In this document: one piece after another, positions 18,444 through 31,858 of the stretch
Numbering within the stretch: the first letter of the stretch is position 1
Layout of the letters: each line of letters begins with the position of its first letter
NCBI RefSeq assembly: GCF_009914755.1
Contig: NC_060942.1
DNA length: 64,000 bases
Source of the DNA: the human T2T-CHM13v2.0 reference genome, Homo sapiens
Direction: 5' to 3' (one strand)
Translations under genes and position numbers: made by a program
The notes under the pieces: generated by a model
What the model was told of the DNA's origin: nothing
The model's input: only the letters and a program-made list of their open reading frames with translations
The model's database searches: none

Positions 18444-18589
18444 AGAAAAGTTCTTAAATGCAGAAATTATTCGTCTCCATAGGTACTAAAGTGATTAAGG
18501 TAGTTATATATAAGTAGATGTTCAATAAATAAATATTGAATAAATATATATAGTGATGGGCCTACAAGAGTGTAAGAATAATTACAACA

Positions 18590-19035
18590 TTGTTTGACTA
18601 CAACAGTTGAATGCTTCCGCAGGGACAATTTCTCCGGCATGGTCCACATCTTCCAATGTTCAGTGCTATCATTTACACCTGCTTCTTTACACTGCTGACT
18701 AATGGGGCAAATCTTTTCTACTTTATTATTGTTTTTGCCTTTCTTTATTATGACTAATAACCCACTGGCCAACCTAAATGTCAGTCGTCATCTTCTTTGC
18801 TCATTTCCTTCTCCTTCAAATTGTGCTGTCAAGCATTCTAATTTTGGCTGGCTTAGGTGGGATTAATGCTCCTGACTGTAAGGCTATTTTCCCCGCTTTG
18901 CACAAATATTTCTTTAAGCAATGATCATACTTCTTTGGTAGCTTTGTTACAATCCGGTAATACCTGGGCATCTATCTTCTGTATTGAAAAAAGAGCATGG
19001 TCAAAGGATTCAGTATCGAGCTCCACATTTAATGA
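18590..19035 (-). mobile_element. Putative decayed Ty3/Gypsy pol (integrase N-terminal region) relic
   Basis: Manual minus-strand translation keeps Gypsy-like residue spacing despite stops and a frameshift; see findings. Confidence 0.45.
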
Positions 19036-20316
19036 CTAAAGAAGACATTTAATTTGAAATACCATTTGTCTCCAAACTGACATTTTATATATGAGAAACC
19101 TGAGATCCACACAGAGATCAAATGACAGACAGCTGGTTTTCATGGAAGTCCAGAGAAGCACCTTCCAGCAGGTTGCAAACTTCTCCCTTTAGAAGATAAC
19201 AGCTAAAATCTTTCTGTCTCCCACTCTTGGCTCTAATTTGTTTATCAGACAACCAGCAGTTTTGTCATTGTTTCTTCATTTGGAGACAGAGCTAGTAAGT
19301 CTTGGTCAAGCCCAGTGATTCATTTCCTTATTTTTTTTCACTGCAGTTCCCATTCAGGGTTCTGCCAAGTGCTCTTTTGCATGGGGGAGGAGGGGGGGCC
19401 GCAGCCTGTGCCCTCTTGACCTAAAAGAGCTCTGGTTGGGCGGTGAGTCATTAATTCCCTGATGTCTTTTCCAACTGTAGATAAAAATCACAGTTGATTA
19501 AATGATGGGGCAAGGTGTGGAATGAAGGTTGGCATGGGTGTAGGAAAAAAAGTACATTTCCTTTTCCAAAGTACAGTATTTATTTTAATTGGCTCACAAT
19601 AAATAGTAGGGGTAATTGTAACTCACAAAAGAGAAGTGCCCTTTGGAGAACTGGCATCACATAGAAAAGAACAAAAGGACATAGAAAAGTTTTACAGCAA
19701 TCCTGATATTTGTGACTTAGAGTGATTTTTATAGGATTATAAAATTTGCTGGAATTAGTAGCTCTGTAGAGAAAATAGGAATCACAGAATTTCAGAGCCA
19801 GAAGGTATTTTACAAAGTGAGTCAACCTCAACCTCCTTAGATTGCTGATAAGAAAAATGAGGCAATGAAGTGCTCAGAGGTAGGATTTGTCTTGCAAGTC
19901 CTTGGGGTACCTCCATTTGCAAAGCTGCAGGTGAATCACAAGTTCTGATGACCTCTGACCTCTAGAATCACCTAAACACAGTGGAGAAACTACAGCTGGC
20001 TACAGGGTATCCAAGGTGGGTTAACGGGACAGCCCTCTTTCAGACATGCTGTACTCCCAAAGTCTCATCACATTTAGCAGGACTTCTCCCATATATGTGG
20101 GGGTTCAGGCTTCCCAGACCCCTCTGTGTCTCTCCATTAACATTTCAGTTTGGTATTGGGCTTCCTGGGGCTCTAACAATGCTCTGAGAATTCAAAATGT
20201 AGTATAGAGAGGATGTGTGAGATGAATATTTCTAAAACATAATGATGTTACTCTTTTGCTTAAACGTCTTTGAAAGTCCTTTCTTGCCAACACCAGTATT
20301 TTAAATTGTAGTTTTA

Positions 20317-20832
20317 TTGTTACTGAGCTATGGTAAGGCCAACAGGTTGGGAGATGATTGGTATGGAAAAGACAGTTTGTTACTAACAGTTCCCAAGAGG
20401 AGGGGGCAAGTGTCCTGCTGGGCCCCACGAGGAAGCACCAGGGTGTGTCGGGAGGCAGGAGAGAGGTGGGGCAGAGTGTGGGCAGGAAGTTTTATTGTGG
20501 CTTCCACAGGAAAGGCAAGGCTAGGCAGGCTTAGGATTGGTAAGCCTGAATAATTTCAGTGGGTTCTGGGCTAGAGAGGCTGTCCCTAGTTGTCCGGTAC
20601 CTGGCTCTTGGATGATGAGCGCAGATGAACATTGTCTCCGGGGTATGTGTGCCAGGTGGAAGATGTGGTGGGTGTTGGCTCTGGATTGTTAGTTTCCATA
20701 TGAAGGATGGGCTCCCAGGTGAGTTGTTTGCTATCTCTAAGAATTGTCAAGCCCCCAGAGAGGCAGTCTGTCCCCTGTCAGCAAGGCCCCAGATGCCAGA
20801 GCATCAAGAATGCAGAAAATATAGATAATACA
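20317..20832 (-). mobile_element. Solo LTR, probably ERVL class; subfamily uncertain
   Basis: TGTTACTGAG...AATACA ends and LTR-like content; no clear TSD. Confidence 0.5.
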
Positions 20833-21513
20833 AGCTTCATTTGCAGGAGTGTGCACCTCGGAACAGTTTTCCTGGGAGATGCTCTGAAGCCAGAGGATTC
20901 TGTCCTCTATTTTGGGAACTGCTGCCTGTGGGTCCCCTCTGGCAGTGTGTTAGCAGATTAAGGTCACTGGGGGAAATCCTGCTTGAAAGAAACCTGTTAG
21001 TCTTTATTTAACCCTGTTTTCCAAACTTGTTTAACCATAAAATCCTTTTGAAAAACATGAACTGTCATTTTTAAGATTAACTTGAATATGTGGTTTAGAG
21101 GTAGAATCCAGGCTTTGCTTTGTTCAAAATCTGGCCCTCACCTTCTCTCCTGGGGATTCTAGTAAGAACCATTCACGGCAGGCAGGCTGGTTTAATTAGG
21201 GTTACTATCACAAGCTTTCTTCCTTCCTGCCTCCAAGCTTCGCTCAACCGGTTTGCCCATGATTCAGGATAGTACCTCGTGCTCCCTCCCCAATCCAAGT
21301 CTTTCTAGCATCTCCTCCTCTGTGAAGTCCTTGCCAGCTTCCCCAGCCCACAAAATAGATGTTGCATACCACATGTGAGACTATTCTAAGCACTTTGGAA
21401 ACCTTAACTAACTTAACAATCACTGTGGTCCTACAAGGCTGGCACAATTTGTAACCCTATTTTACAGAGAAGGAACCTGAGATGTGGAGGTGTTGAATGA
21501 CACGCAGAGTCAT

Positions 21514-21905
21514 TGATTTGGTTTGGATCTGTGTCCCCACCCTAATCTCATGTTTACTTGTAATCCCCAATGTTGGAGGCTGGGCCTAATGGGAGGTGAT
21601 TGACTTATGGGTGTGAATTTCCCCTTTGGTGCTGTTCTCCTGAGAGTGAGTGCGTTCCGGTGAGATCTGGTCATTTAAAAGTGTGTGGCACCTCCCCTCC
21701 CTCTCTCTCCCTCCTGCCCCACCATGCGAAATGCTTGCTCCCCCTTTGCCTTCCGCCATGATTGTAAGTTTTCTGAGGCTTCCCCAGAGGCAGAAGACAC
21801 TGCTTCCTAGAGTCTGCAGAACTGTGAGCCAATTAAACCTCTTTTCTTTATAAATCACCCAGTCTCAGCTATTTCTTTATAGCAGTGCAAGAAAGGATTA
21901 ATATA
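21514..21905 (+). mobile_element. MSTA-type MaLR solo LTR
   Basis: TGATTTGGTTTGGATCTGTGTCCCCACC start; perfect TSD GTCAT (21509-21513, 21906-21910). Confidence 0.9.
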
Positions 21906-22001
21906 GTCATAAAGCTGAAAGGTGTTCAGGATGTCATTGGCATTCAGTGAATGCTGTTAGAATAAATGAAAACATGGGAATCATGTAGGTCTCTTCTAAA
22001 A

Positions 22002-22027
22002 TGTGTGTGTGTGTGTGTGTGTGTGTG
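22002..22027. repeat. (TG)n microsatellite
   Basis: TG run. Confidence 0.95.
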
Positions 22028-22326
22028 AATACATGCTTTAAATCAAAGAGAAGGTGCATCTTTCACTCTCTCCTCTCTCATTTAACATTCTGCAACTTTA
22101 TTAAGACTCCACTCATTCATAATTTGTTCAGATGGAATTTACATTTAGAGTTTACTTGGGCTTACCAAGATGATTTTCTGAGTCCTTCCTCTGAGACAGT
22201 GTAAGTTCATAGGTAAATGGGAACACAGGGAAAAATTTAAAACCACTTAAATGTACTAGCTTTTATACCAGCACAATATACTACTAATTCATCCTTATAC
22301 ATTAATTACAATAACATTTTAACAAC

Positions 22327-22705
22327 TGTATCAGGGTTCAACCAGAGAAGCAGAACCAGTAGAAGACAGATATTAAGAGACTTATTGCAGGGAATTGGAT
22401 ATGTAACCATGGGGCTGGATAGGCTAGTCTGAAATTTGCAGGGCAGTCTCCAGAAGGGGCTGGAGTTGCTATGCACTGGCAGAATTTCTTCAGAGAAGCC
22501 TCATTTCTGCTTTTAAGATCCTTCAACTGACAGAATCGGGCTGCCCCAGATTATCTCGGATAATCTCCCTTAACAAATAAAGTCAACTGACTACGGAATT
22601 GACTGACATCTACAAAATACCTTCCCAGCAACCCCTAGAGTAGGGTTTGACTGAAACACTGGAGCCTGTAGCCTCACCAAATTCACACATCCAAAGGCAG
22701 TTACA
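22327..22705 (-). mobile_element. MLT2-type ERVL solo LTR
   Basis: TGTATCAGGGTTCAACCAGAGAAGCAGAACCAGTAG; TSD ACAAC/AGAAC. Confidence 0.75.
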
Positions 22706-23521
22706 AGAACCTTTACTAATTACCATGTTTTTAGTCTATTTTATGTTTCTATTTGTATTTTAAAATAAAAAATAATTTATGTAGAAATAAGCTATTGAAT
22801 ACCTAAGATGTTTTAATCATCCGAATGGACTTCCCTTCAGTTGGCAGGGAGGTAATATGACACTAGTTACTGGTATTTCCTTGCTTTTCTGTTATCTTCA
22901 GATCTCTATTTATTTCTGTTTCTCTCTCCCTTCATGTTCCAGGTATAAGTATCTCCGGTTGACATTAACCTTGAGCCTCAGTCACCTTACCGGAAAATGA
23001 GGATGATTACAAAGTACTGACGTCATAGGGTGGACTGGAGGATGAGATGAATTAATGAAAGCACTTGGATGAGGGTCTGGTAGGCAATGAGTGGTGCCCT
23101 CTTTGTAGCAGTAGGAATTGCTCATTACCCTCTGGTTAATTTCCTCTGGCCATGACCATGCGTATGAGTGACAGAGGTCTTTCCAGAAGACATCCAGAGA
23201 CTGTGGCATCACGTGTTGAAGAATTAAAACATTAGTATATACCAATGCCTTTCTAATGTAAAATGTGTCATTTTCAAAGACCTGTTTTCCATTACCTTTC
23301 TGGGCTGCTAGAGACTCACGCATTCCTCCCGGCTGTCAGCTGGACTGGCTTTTGAAAATTCATGGCAGCTTTGCTGTCAGGCCAGGTGGATGGTCTTTCA
23401 CAGGGAGGGACTTTCTTGCCACAAAATTTGACATGGTCACACTGCTCCTCAACACTGAATGTGTTCAAAGACCCTGATAGGCAGCAAGACAGTTTTACTA
23501 GGTAGCTCCCTTTTGAGGTGG

Positions 23522-23648
23522 AACTCACTATCAGGAGAACAGCAAGGAAGAAATTCACCCCCATGATCCAATCACCTCCCATTAGGCCCCACCTCCAACA
23601 CTGGGGATTACTATTCAACATGAGATTTGGGCAGATCCAAACTATGTA
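23522..23648 (-). mobile_element. MST-type LTR fragment
   Basis: CCCCATGATCCAATCACCTCCCATTAGGCCCCACCTCCAACACTGGGGATTA. Confidence 0.8.
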
Positions 23649-24541
23649 AATAAGTAAGTGTGTTTTATTGTCATCTTGGGTTGGAGGAAGATACTAAGAC
23701 GCAGAGAAAGGGCCTTTTCCTCTAGCCTCAGCTCTAGAATTAGACAAAGCAGGCCAGACATCTAGGCCTTTGCCCACCAGCTCTGGGTAAAACATGACTG
23801 TTACTGAGCACTAAACTCACTCTTCTTTCTAGGTGGATACCAACACTCAAGCATAGGTGAGGTTGTGGGGAAAAACCCTGATTTTCTTCCCCAATTCTTT
23901 TTCCCTGGCACTGCTGGCAATGGCAGGAAGACACATTCAATTTGCCAGCGGGAATGCTTTCCTAATTTGCTTTTCGAAGAGTACAGCAAAATTTCTTCTG
24001 GGGAAAAGAGTGACAGTCGCTGCCATGTAAACAGGAGGCAAGGGCTTGCGGCACTACCAGAGCCTCCTCTTTGCAGAACGCTCTGAGCTGCTTTGAGGCT
24101 TGTGAGGGGAGGGGTGTGAGTGGTGAGGAGGATGTTTTCTTTACACATCCACCTCCATAAACTGTCCGTGCCATCTGGTAGAGACTGTATATGCTGTTGT
24201 CCCAGACGCAGGAAGAATCATCTCTTCTGCGATGATGTCTTGACGGAGAGCTCCCATGTCAGAGCTGCTGACTGTGTACCTGCAGCCAGCAAAGCAGGTC
24301 CCCTTCCTTTATCTGCTTCTTCCTGTCCGCAGCCCCTTGCATTTCCACCTCAACCTGAGACGGTGAAGCCCTCACTCACATGGGAGAATGCAGACTTGCC
24401 CCTGCGTGCATTGCCATACTTCCTAGAGGAGAGCTCAAAGCAGAGCAGGGGCTCAGCAAATGTTGGTTGAATAAATGAATTAATGGATCTACTAAGGTGT
24501 TTCTAGGTTCACCCAAATGAATAGTTTACGAAGTTTCTAAG

Positions 24542-24713
24542 GGCCAGGTGTGGTGGCTCACGCCTATAATTCCAGCACTTTGGGAGGCCAAGGTAGGAGG
24601 ATAACTTGAGCCAAGGAGTTCTAGGTTAGATTGAGCTGTGATTGAGCCACTGCACTCCAGCCTGGGTCACAGAATGAGACCCTGTCTCTAAACAAGCAAA
24701 CAAACAAACAAAC
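24542..24713 (+). mobile_element. Monomer-length Alu (FRAM/FLAM-like or deleted AluJ)
   Basis: Single arm with (CAAA)n tail; GAAGTTTCT at both flanks. Confidence 0.85.
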
Positions 24714-24754
24714 AGAAGTTTCTTAGGACCCAAAGCCACTAGGAACAAGAATTC

Positions 24755-25136
<382 letters not shown>

Positions 25137-25905
25137 TTAGAAGAACAAGTACCTAGAAACAATGTCCATGTTACAAGGGAAAGGCACTGCTACTGTGGTG
25201 ATGGATTTTGGTGGCATTAAAACCAAATGATTTATGTATTTAGATAATGAGACTGTATCATCCTGCTTTTCATTTAAAGGCTGTTATTTAGTTTAATGAT
25301 AACTTCAAGCTAGAAGGTAGGACTAGGAGTGCGGATTAAGTATTGAGCAATGGTTAAGAAAAGAGTTGATGGTAGGTACCATGAAGAGTAATCATGAGAT
25401 GAAATTTTCAAAGGTCACTCTGTTTAATTCTAATCTGAACAATCAATGCGTTAAATTATCTCAATAATTTATTTAAATCAACACTCATATAAATAGGGGT
25501 GAGTACATCGATTTTGACCATTTCCTGAGTTCCAATTCACATAAGTGCTTGTGGCCAGAGGTAGGTAGATGGAGAAAATATTTTACCCTCTTCAAGAGCT
25601 TTAGCCTGAATACTAGCACAGGTGTTTCAGTGGTGTCTGAAAGTCAAAGTGAAACTGTATTGCTTGTGGCTATCTAGTTCCTGAATTATAAAAGAAACTG
25701 CTGATCTTCATTGCTGTCTTTTGAATATTTTGTTACTGACAGATCAAATATTCACTAGGCTTTATCAAGTATGCCTGTGTGTGTATTCACATCATTAAAC
25801 TAATATTTACTGCACACTCCTCTAAGTACTATATGTGTGTTGACTTATTTAATTCTCTCAACAGTCTGTGAGGAAGTCCTTATCATTCTTTATGTTAAGA
25901 TAAGG

Positions 25906-26372
<467 letters not shown>

Positions 26373-27091
26373 CTACACGTGTTCTTCCAGGGAAATGATG
26401 CAACTGTCAGACGACATTCAGACCCTGATAGGGTATCATCCACAAACACAACCTGGAGGCACAGTGTACCCGCTTCAGCTTTTGAACTCTGCTTACAGTA
26501 TTATTGGAGTGGTCAAAATGGGGATGGCTTCTACAACAAAACCTCTAAAAGCAAAGGAACAGGATTTGTCACAACTCCTGGTGTCCTCAGGGACAAATGC
26601 ACCGTGGTGATGCTGAGGGCTGGAACCCCGGCTGCGCCTGTTCCGCTGCTGCAGTCTCACTTTGTCCCGTCCCTGACTGGGAATGAAACACTTGCCTCCA
26701 GCTGGGATGTAAACATTTTGGAGTCTTTCGATATTTGTTCCAATTTAGCCAGTCATCATTGACATTTTCCTGGAAATTTGCACAATATTCTTTCATTTAA
26801 CACTGGGATGAATTCCAAATGAAGAAGGCTCACTATTCTTGTGTGTTTTTTAAAAAAATTTTGAACCTCTCCCTCCATTTTTAGATGAATAAATGTGAAG
26901 AAAGAGACGAAAGAACATAGAATTTAGAAAAATGATGTGGATGTATTAACTATGCCTAAGTTACCAAACCGAGCCTCCTGAAGACTCTACGTTGGTCACA
27001 CCCATCCATGTCATATTCAGGCAGGGCGGCCGCAAGTGGATGCCGGCGTGCTTCTGACTTCGGGTTTTCTCTGAAAGCCATTAAGAACAGG

Positions 27092-27319
27092 AAACGAAGG
27101 ATGTTACGTCGTGATGACGAACCTAGAACAGCTTCTAAAACAAACAAGTTACATAGTGATGAGGAACATAGCAGAGCTTCTAAAACAAAGGAAGTTACCT
27201 AGTGATGAGGAACATAGAAGAGCTTCTAAAACAAAGGAAGTTACGTAGCGATGAGGAACATAGAAAAGCTTCTAAAACAAAGGATGTTACGTAGTGATGA
27301 CGAACAAGAACAGCTTCTA
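27092..27319. repeat. 46-bp minisatellite, 5 units, last unit split by the RPS2 retrocopy
   Basis: GTTAC recurs at 27103, 27148, 27194, 27240, 27286; unit about GTTACGTAGTGATGAGGAACATAGAAGAGCTTCTAAAACAAAGGAA. Confidence 0.95.
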
Positions 27320-28291
27320 CGTCTTCTCTGAGAAAACACCAAATGGCGGATAACGCCGGTGCAGCGGGGGCCGGAAGCCCCGGGGGACCCTGGGATGGGG
27401 AACTGCGGTGGTTTCCGCTGAGGTTTCCGCAGTGGCATCCGGGCCGGGGTCGCGGCCGTGGATCTGGCCGTGGACCGGGCCAGGGCCGAGGCTGCGGAGC
27501 TCGCGGAGTCAAGGCCAAGGATAAGGGGTGGACACCCATTACCAAGCTGGGCCTCCTGGTCAAGGACATGAAGATCAAGTCCCTGGAGGAGACCTATCTC
27601 TTCTCCCTGCCCATCAAGGAATCTGAGATCATTGGCTTTTTCCTGGGGGCCTCTCTCAAGGACGAGGTTTTGAAGATTATGCCGGTGCAGAAGCAGACCC
27701 GCGCCGGCCAGCGCACCAGGTTCAAGGCATTTGTTGCCATCGGGGACTATAATTGCCACGTCGGTCTGCGTGTTAAGTGCTCCAAAGAGGTGGCCACTGC
27801 CATCCGCGGGGCCATTATCCTGGCCAAGCTCTCCATTGTCCCCGTGCGCAGAGGCTACTGGGGGAACAAGATCGGCAAGCCCCACACCGTCCCTTGCAAG
27901 GTGACAGGCCACTGCGGCTCTGTGCTGGTCGGCTTCATCCCCACGCCCAGGGGCACTGGCACCGTCTCGGCGCCTGTGCCCAAGAAGCTGCTCATGATGG
28001 CTGGTATGGATGTCTGCTACACCTCAGCCAGGGGCTGCACTGCCACCCTGGGCAACTGCGCCAAGGCCATCTTTGACCTTACAGCTCTAAGACCTACAGC
28101 TACCTGACCCCCCGACCTTTGGAAGGAGCCTGTATTCACCAAGTCTTCCTATCAGGAATTCACTGACCACACCTGGTCAAGGCCGACCCAGAGTCTCCGT
28201 GCAGAGGACCCAGGCTCCAGCTGTGGCTACAACACAGGGTTTTATACACAAAAAATAAAGTGAATTAAGCCTGTGGGGGAAAAAAAGAAAA
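27320..28291 (+). pseudogene. RPS2: Processed pseudogene of 40S ribosomal protein S2 (uS5); symbol given is the parent gene, RPS2P number not determined
   Basis: Intronless; ORF 27343-28107 contains [16 protein letters not shown]...[22 protein letters not shown]...[21 protein letters not shown]; frameshifts; AATAAA 28254-28259, A-tail, 14-bp TSD AAGAACAGCTTCTA (27306-27319, 28292-28305). Confidence 0.97.
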
Positions 28292-28868
28292 AAGAACAGC
28301 TTCTAAAATAAAGATTGATTATAATAGGCTGGGTGAGACTTCTGACAAATCCAGACATGAGGCAATAGGAATTCTCCCTGAGTTGAGAAATACAGTCCTA
28401 ACTGTTTATTCAGTCAAGGAGGATTACACAGCAACACGCTAGAAGAAGATTTAAGGATGAAAAGTCCACATGATGAAAGAGGAAGTGTCACCTTGGAGGG
28501 TCTGGCATTCAACATTGGATTAAACTGAAGCCCAGGAATTCCTACAAAACATCCCCCCACCTAGTACTAAGTAATCTTCACTATCTGCCTGACAATGGAA
28601 TGTAGGAATTGTGTCACACCCAGAGGGTGCAGGTGGAGTTTTCTCAGGATGCCGCAGTGCAGGGTCAGTGTGGGATTTAATAATATTTTGAGAATAAGAA
28701 GAATCAAGTTGGGAGGTTTTAGGAATAGTGAAGTTACCTCCCATAAAGTCCCTTTCCCAAGATTGCAGATATCATCATGTACTTAACAAAACCCTACTAA
28801 TCAGAGATATGTATTGTACAAATGAAACCTTGGGTGGACAACAAGAAGTGTGAAAAAAGTTGAACTCA

Positions 28869-29174
<306 letters not shown>

Positions 29175-29451
29175 TCAATAGAAACCAAAGAAAGGCAATG
29201 TTAAGTAATTTTCCACTTGCCAATTTGGCAGAGAGTAAAAAGGAACAATAATGACCAGTATTTGTGAGGGTATCAGGAAATGGCAGCTCATATGGTAAAA
29301 GTATAAACTGATGTGATCTGTCATTCATTGCCTTTTCAAAAAGTATAATATATAAATATATATAGCAGTGTTTAAAACTGTAACATTATTTTTATTGCCC
29401 AGGAAGTTCAAATAAAAATAAACATCTTCATAGTAAGAAAATGGTACAATG

Positions 29452-29641
29452 GGCCAGGTACAGTGGCTCATACCTGTAATCCCAGCACTTTGGGAGGCCG
29501 AGGTAGGCAGATCACCTGAGGTCAGGAGTTTGAGATTAGCATGGCCAACATGGTGAAACCTCGTCTCTACTAAAAATACAAAAATTAGGCGGGCGTGGTG
29601 GCGGGTGCCTCTAATCCCAGCTACTCAGAGGCTGAGGCAGA
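29452..29641 (+). mobile_element. 3'-truncated Alu
   Basis: Alu stops after GAGGCTGAGGCAG, with no tail. Confidence 0.9.
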
Positions 29642-29933
29642 AACCTGAACAAACATCTTTCATTAAAGGATATTCTTAGGTAAGCACTTAAAACTTTTTA
29701 GTATATTACAGGGACATAGTTTTTACTATTCCAACTGTAAAACATTAAGACATGACAGTGGTGATTGTAACTATTTTGTAGGAGCGTTGAAATGATTATG
29801 CTTTGTTTCATGAGAAAGCAGAGTGAAAAATTCCACATACCTCTAATTACATAACTTAATAAAGTTATTTATTTTGGTTACACCTATCAATATAATTTTC
29901 ATGCAGTGCAAGTTATGCCATAGGGATTATGGT

Positions 29934-30561
29934 TGTCAACTGAAGAATGACAAGGCTTATAAATTTGGAAAGGGTTGCAGCCTGCAGGGTGGCCATCTGA
30001 CAGGCTGGGAAGCCAGAAACAGACATTTTGAGGGAGGGGCAACAGGAACAGGAATATATGCTGAACGAAGTGGCTGAATATATGTGTTTAATAAGCTACA
30101 GGAGAAGTCATGAATCTTTGTGAAAGAGGAAACATGTGCATGAGCAATAAAGCTTCCTGCTTCTCCAAGGGATCCATGTTCAGAAAATGGCCATGTTAGC
30201 ATGATCGGAGAGTGGAGTGTTTGGCCTTCTGACTTCAAAAGGTGAACCAGAGGACACAAAAATTCCAACTGCACATTCCTTGTAGACTCCATGGTCCGTG
30301 GTCTCTTATCAGGCAAAAAGGAGGGGTGGGCAGTGTCAGGTTGGTCAATAGCGGTGGAATCATTTGAAAGACTGGTTTCTGTTTTGCTCTTAGGGAAGAA
30401 AGCTTAATGGTGGCCAGCAGGGGAAGGGCACATTGAGGTGTGTCTGACCCCATTCCATCATGGTCAAGAACTCAGTTTCCAAGGTTACTCTGGGGTCCCC
30501 TGGACCAAGAGGGGGTCCATTCAGTGAGTTGAGGAGCTTAGCATTTCATTTTTATTTCTCA
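29934..30561 (-). mobile_element. ERV1 (MER4-group, MER66-like) solo LTR
   Basis: TG...CA ends; minus-strand start TGAGAAATAAAAATGAAATGCTAAGC; TSD TGGT/TGGG. Confidence 0.7.
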
Positions 30562-30624
30562 TGGGTTTTTCTGTCAGGCCAATAAAAAACAACAAACACG
30601 CATGGAAGAAGTACTGTGGCTGCC

Positions 30625-30916
<292 letters not shown>

Positions 30917-30957
30917 CTGTGGCTGCCTTAAAATATCTGATACTAATATTACCTAGG

Positions 30958-31341
30958 TATTACAGACTGAACTGTGTCTCCCCCAAATTGATATGTTGAA
31001 GTCTTAACCCCCAACTGTGACTATAATTGAAGATAGGGCCTATAAGGAGGTAAATAAGGTTAAATGAGGTCAGAAGGGTGGGGCTCTGGATAGATACAGT
31101 ATCCTTACACCAAGAGACACTGGAGAGCCCTCTCTCTTTCCCCACAGGCATATAAGAGGCCATGTGAGCCCACAGCGAGAAGGCTGCCATCTGCTGGCCA
31201 AGAGAATTGGTCTCGGAATGAAACCACCTTGTGGCCACCTTGATCTTGGACTTCCAGCTTACAGAACTGTGAGAAATACATTTTTGTTGTTTAAGTCACC
31301 CTGTCTATGATATTTTGTATGGCAGCCTGAGCTATGATATA
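30958..31341 (+). mobile_element. MLT1A-type MaLR LTR
   Basis: ATATGTTGAAGTCTTAACCCCCA...CTTGGACTTCCAGCTTACAGAACTGTGAGAAATA. Confidence 0.8.
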
Positions 31342-31483
31342 TGGAATGCCTATTTATTATTTTTTAATATCTATTTCAATCTTATCAGGTAGCTACTTCA
31401 TTAGCCCAACGTTGCACATTGAGGTTTACGGAACTAACTTGTCCAATGTCACACAGCTGATCACTGGAAGAACCAGGAATTAA

Positions 31484-31858
<375 letters not shown>

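Noticed and set aside
26379-26796. ORFs of 127, 71 and 69 aa in unique DNA with a nearby acceptor-like TTCTTCCAG
   Set aside because: No recognisable domain, no clear matching donor, and no other coding evidence
27092-27319. 46-bp repeat as a CRISPR array or C/D-box snoRNA cluster (GTGATGA in most units)
   Set aside because: No unique spacers and a eukaryotic context; units lack a D box (CTGA) and are too short for snoRNAs
27195-28076. Overlapping ORFs of 223, 127 and 99 aa
   Set aside because: Antisense or alternate-frame shadows of the GC-rich RPS2 retrocopy
27343-28107. Functional RPS2 gene
   Set aside because: Intronless, with poly-A, TSD, frameshifts and many substitutions: a processed pseudogene
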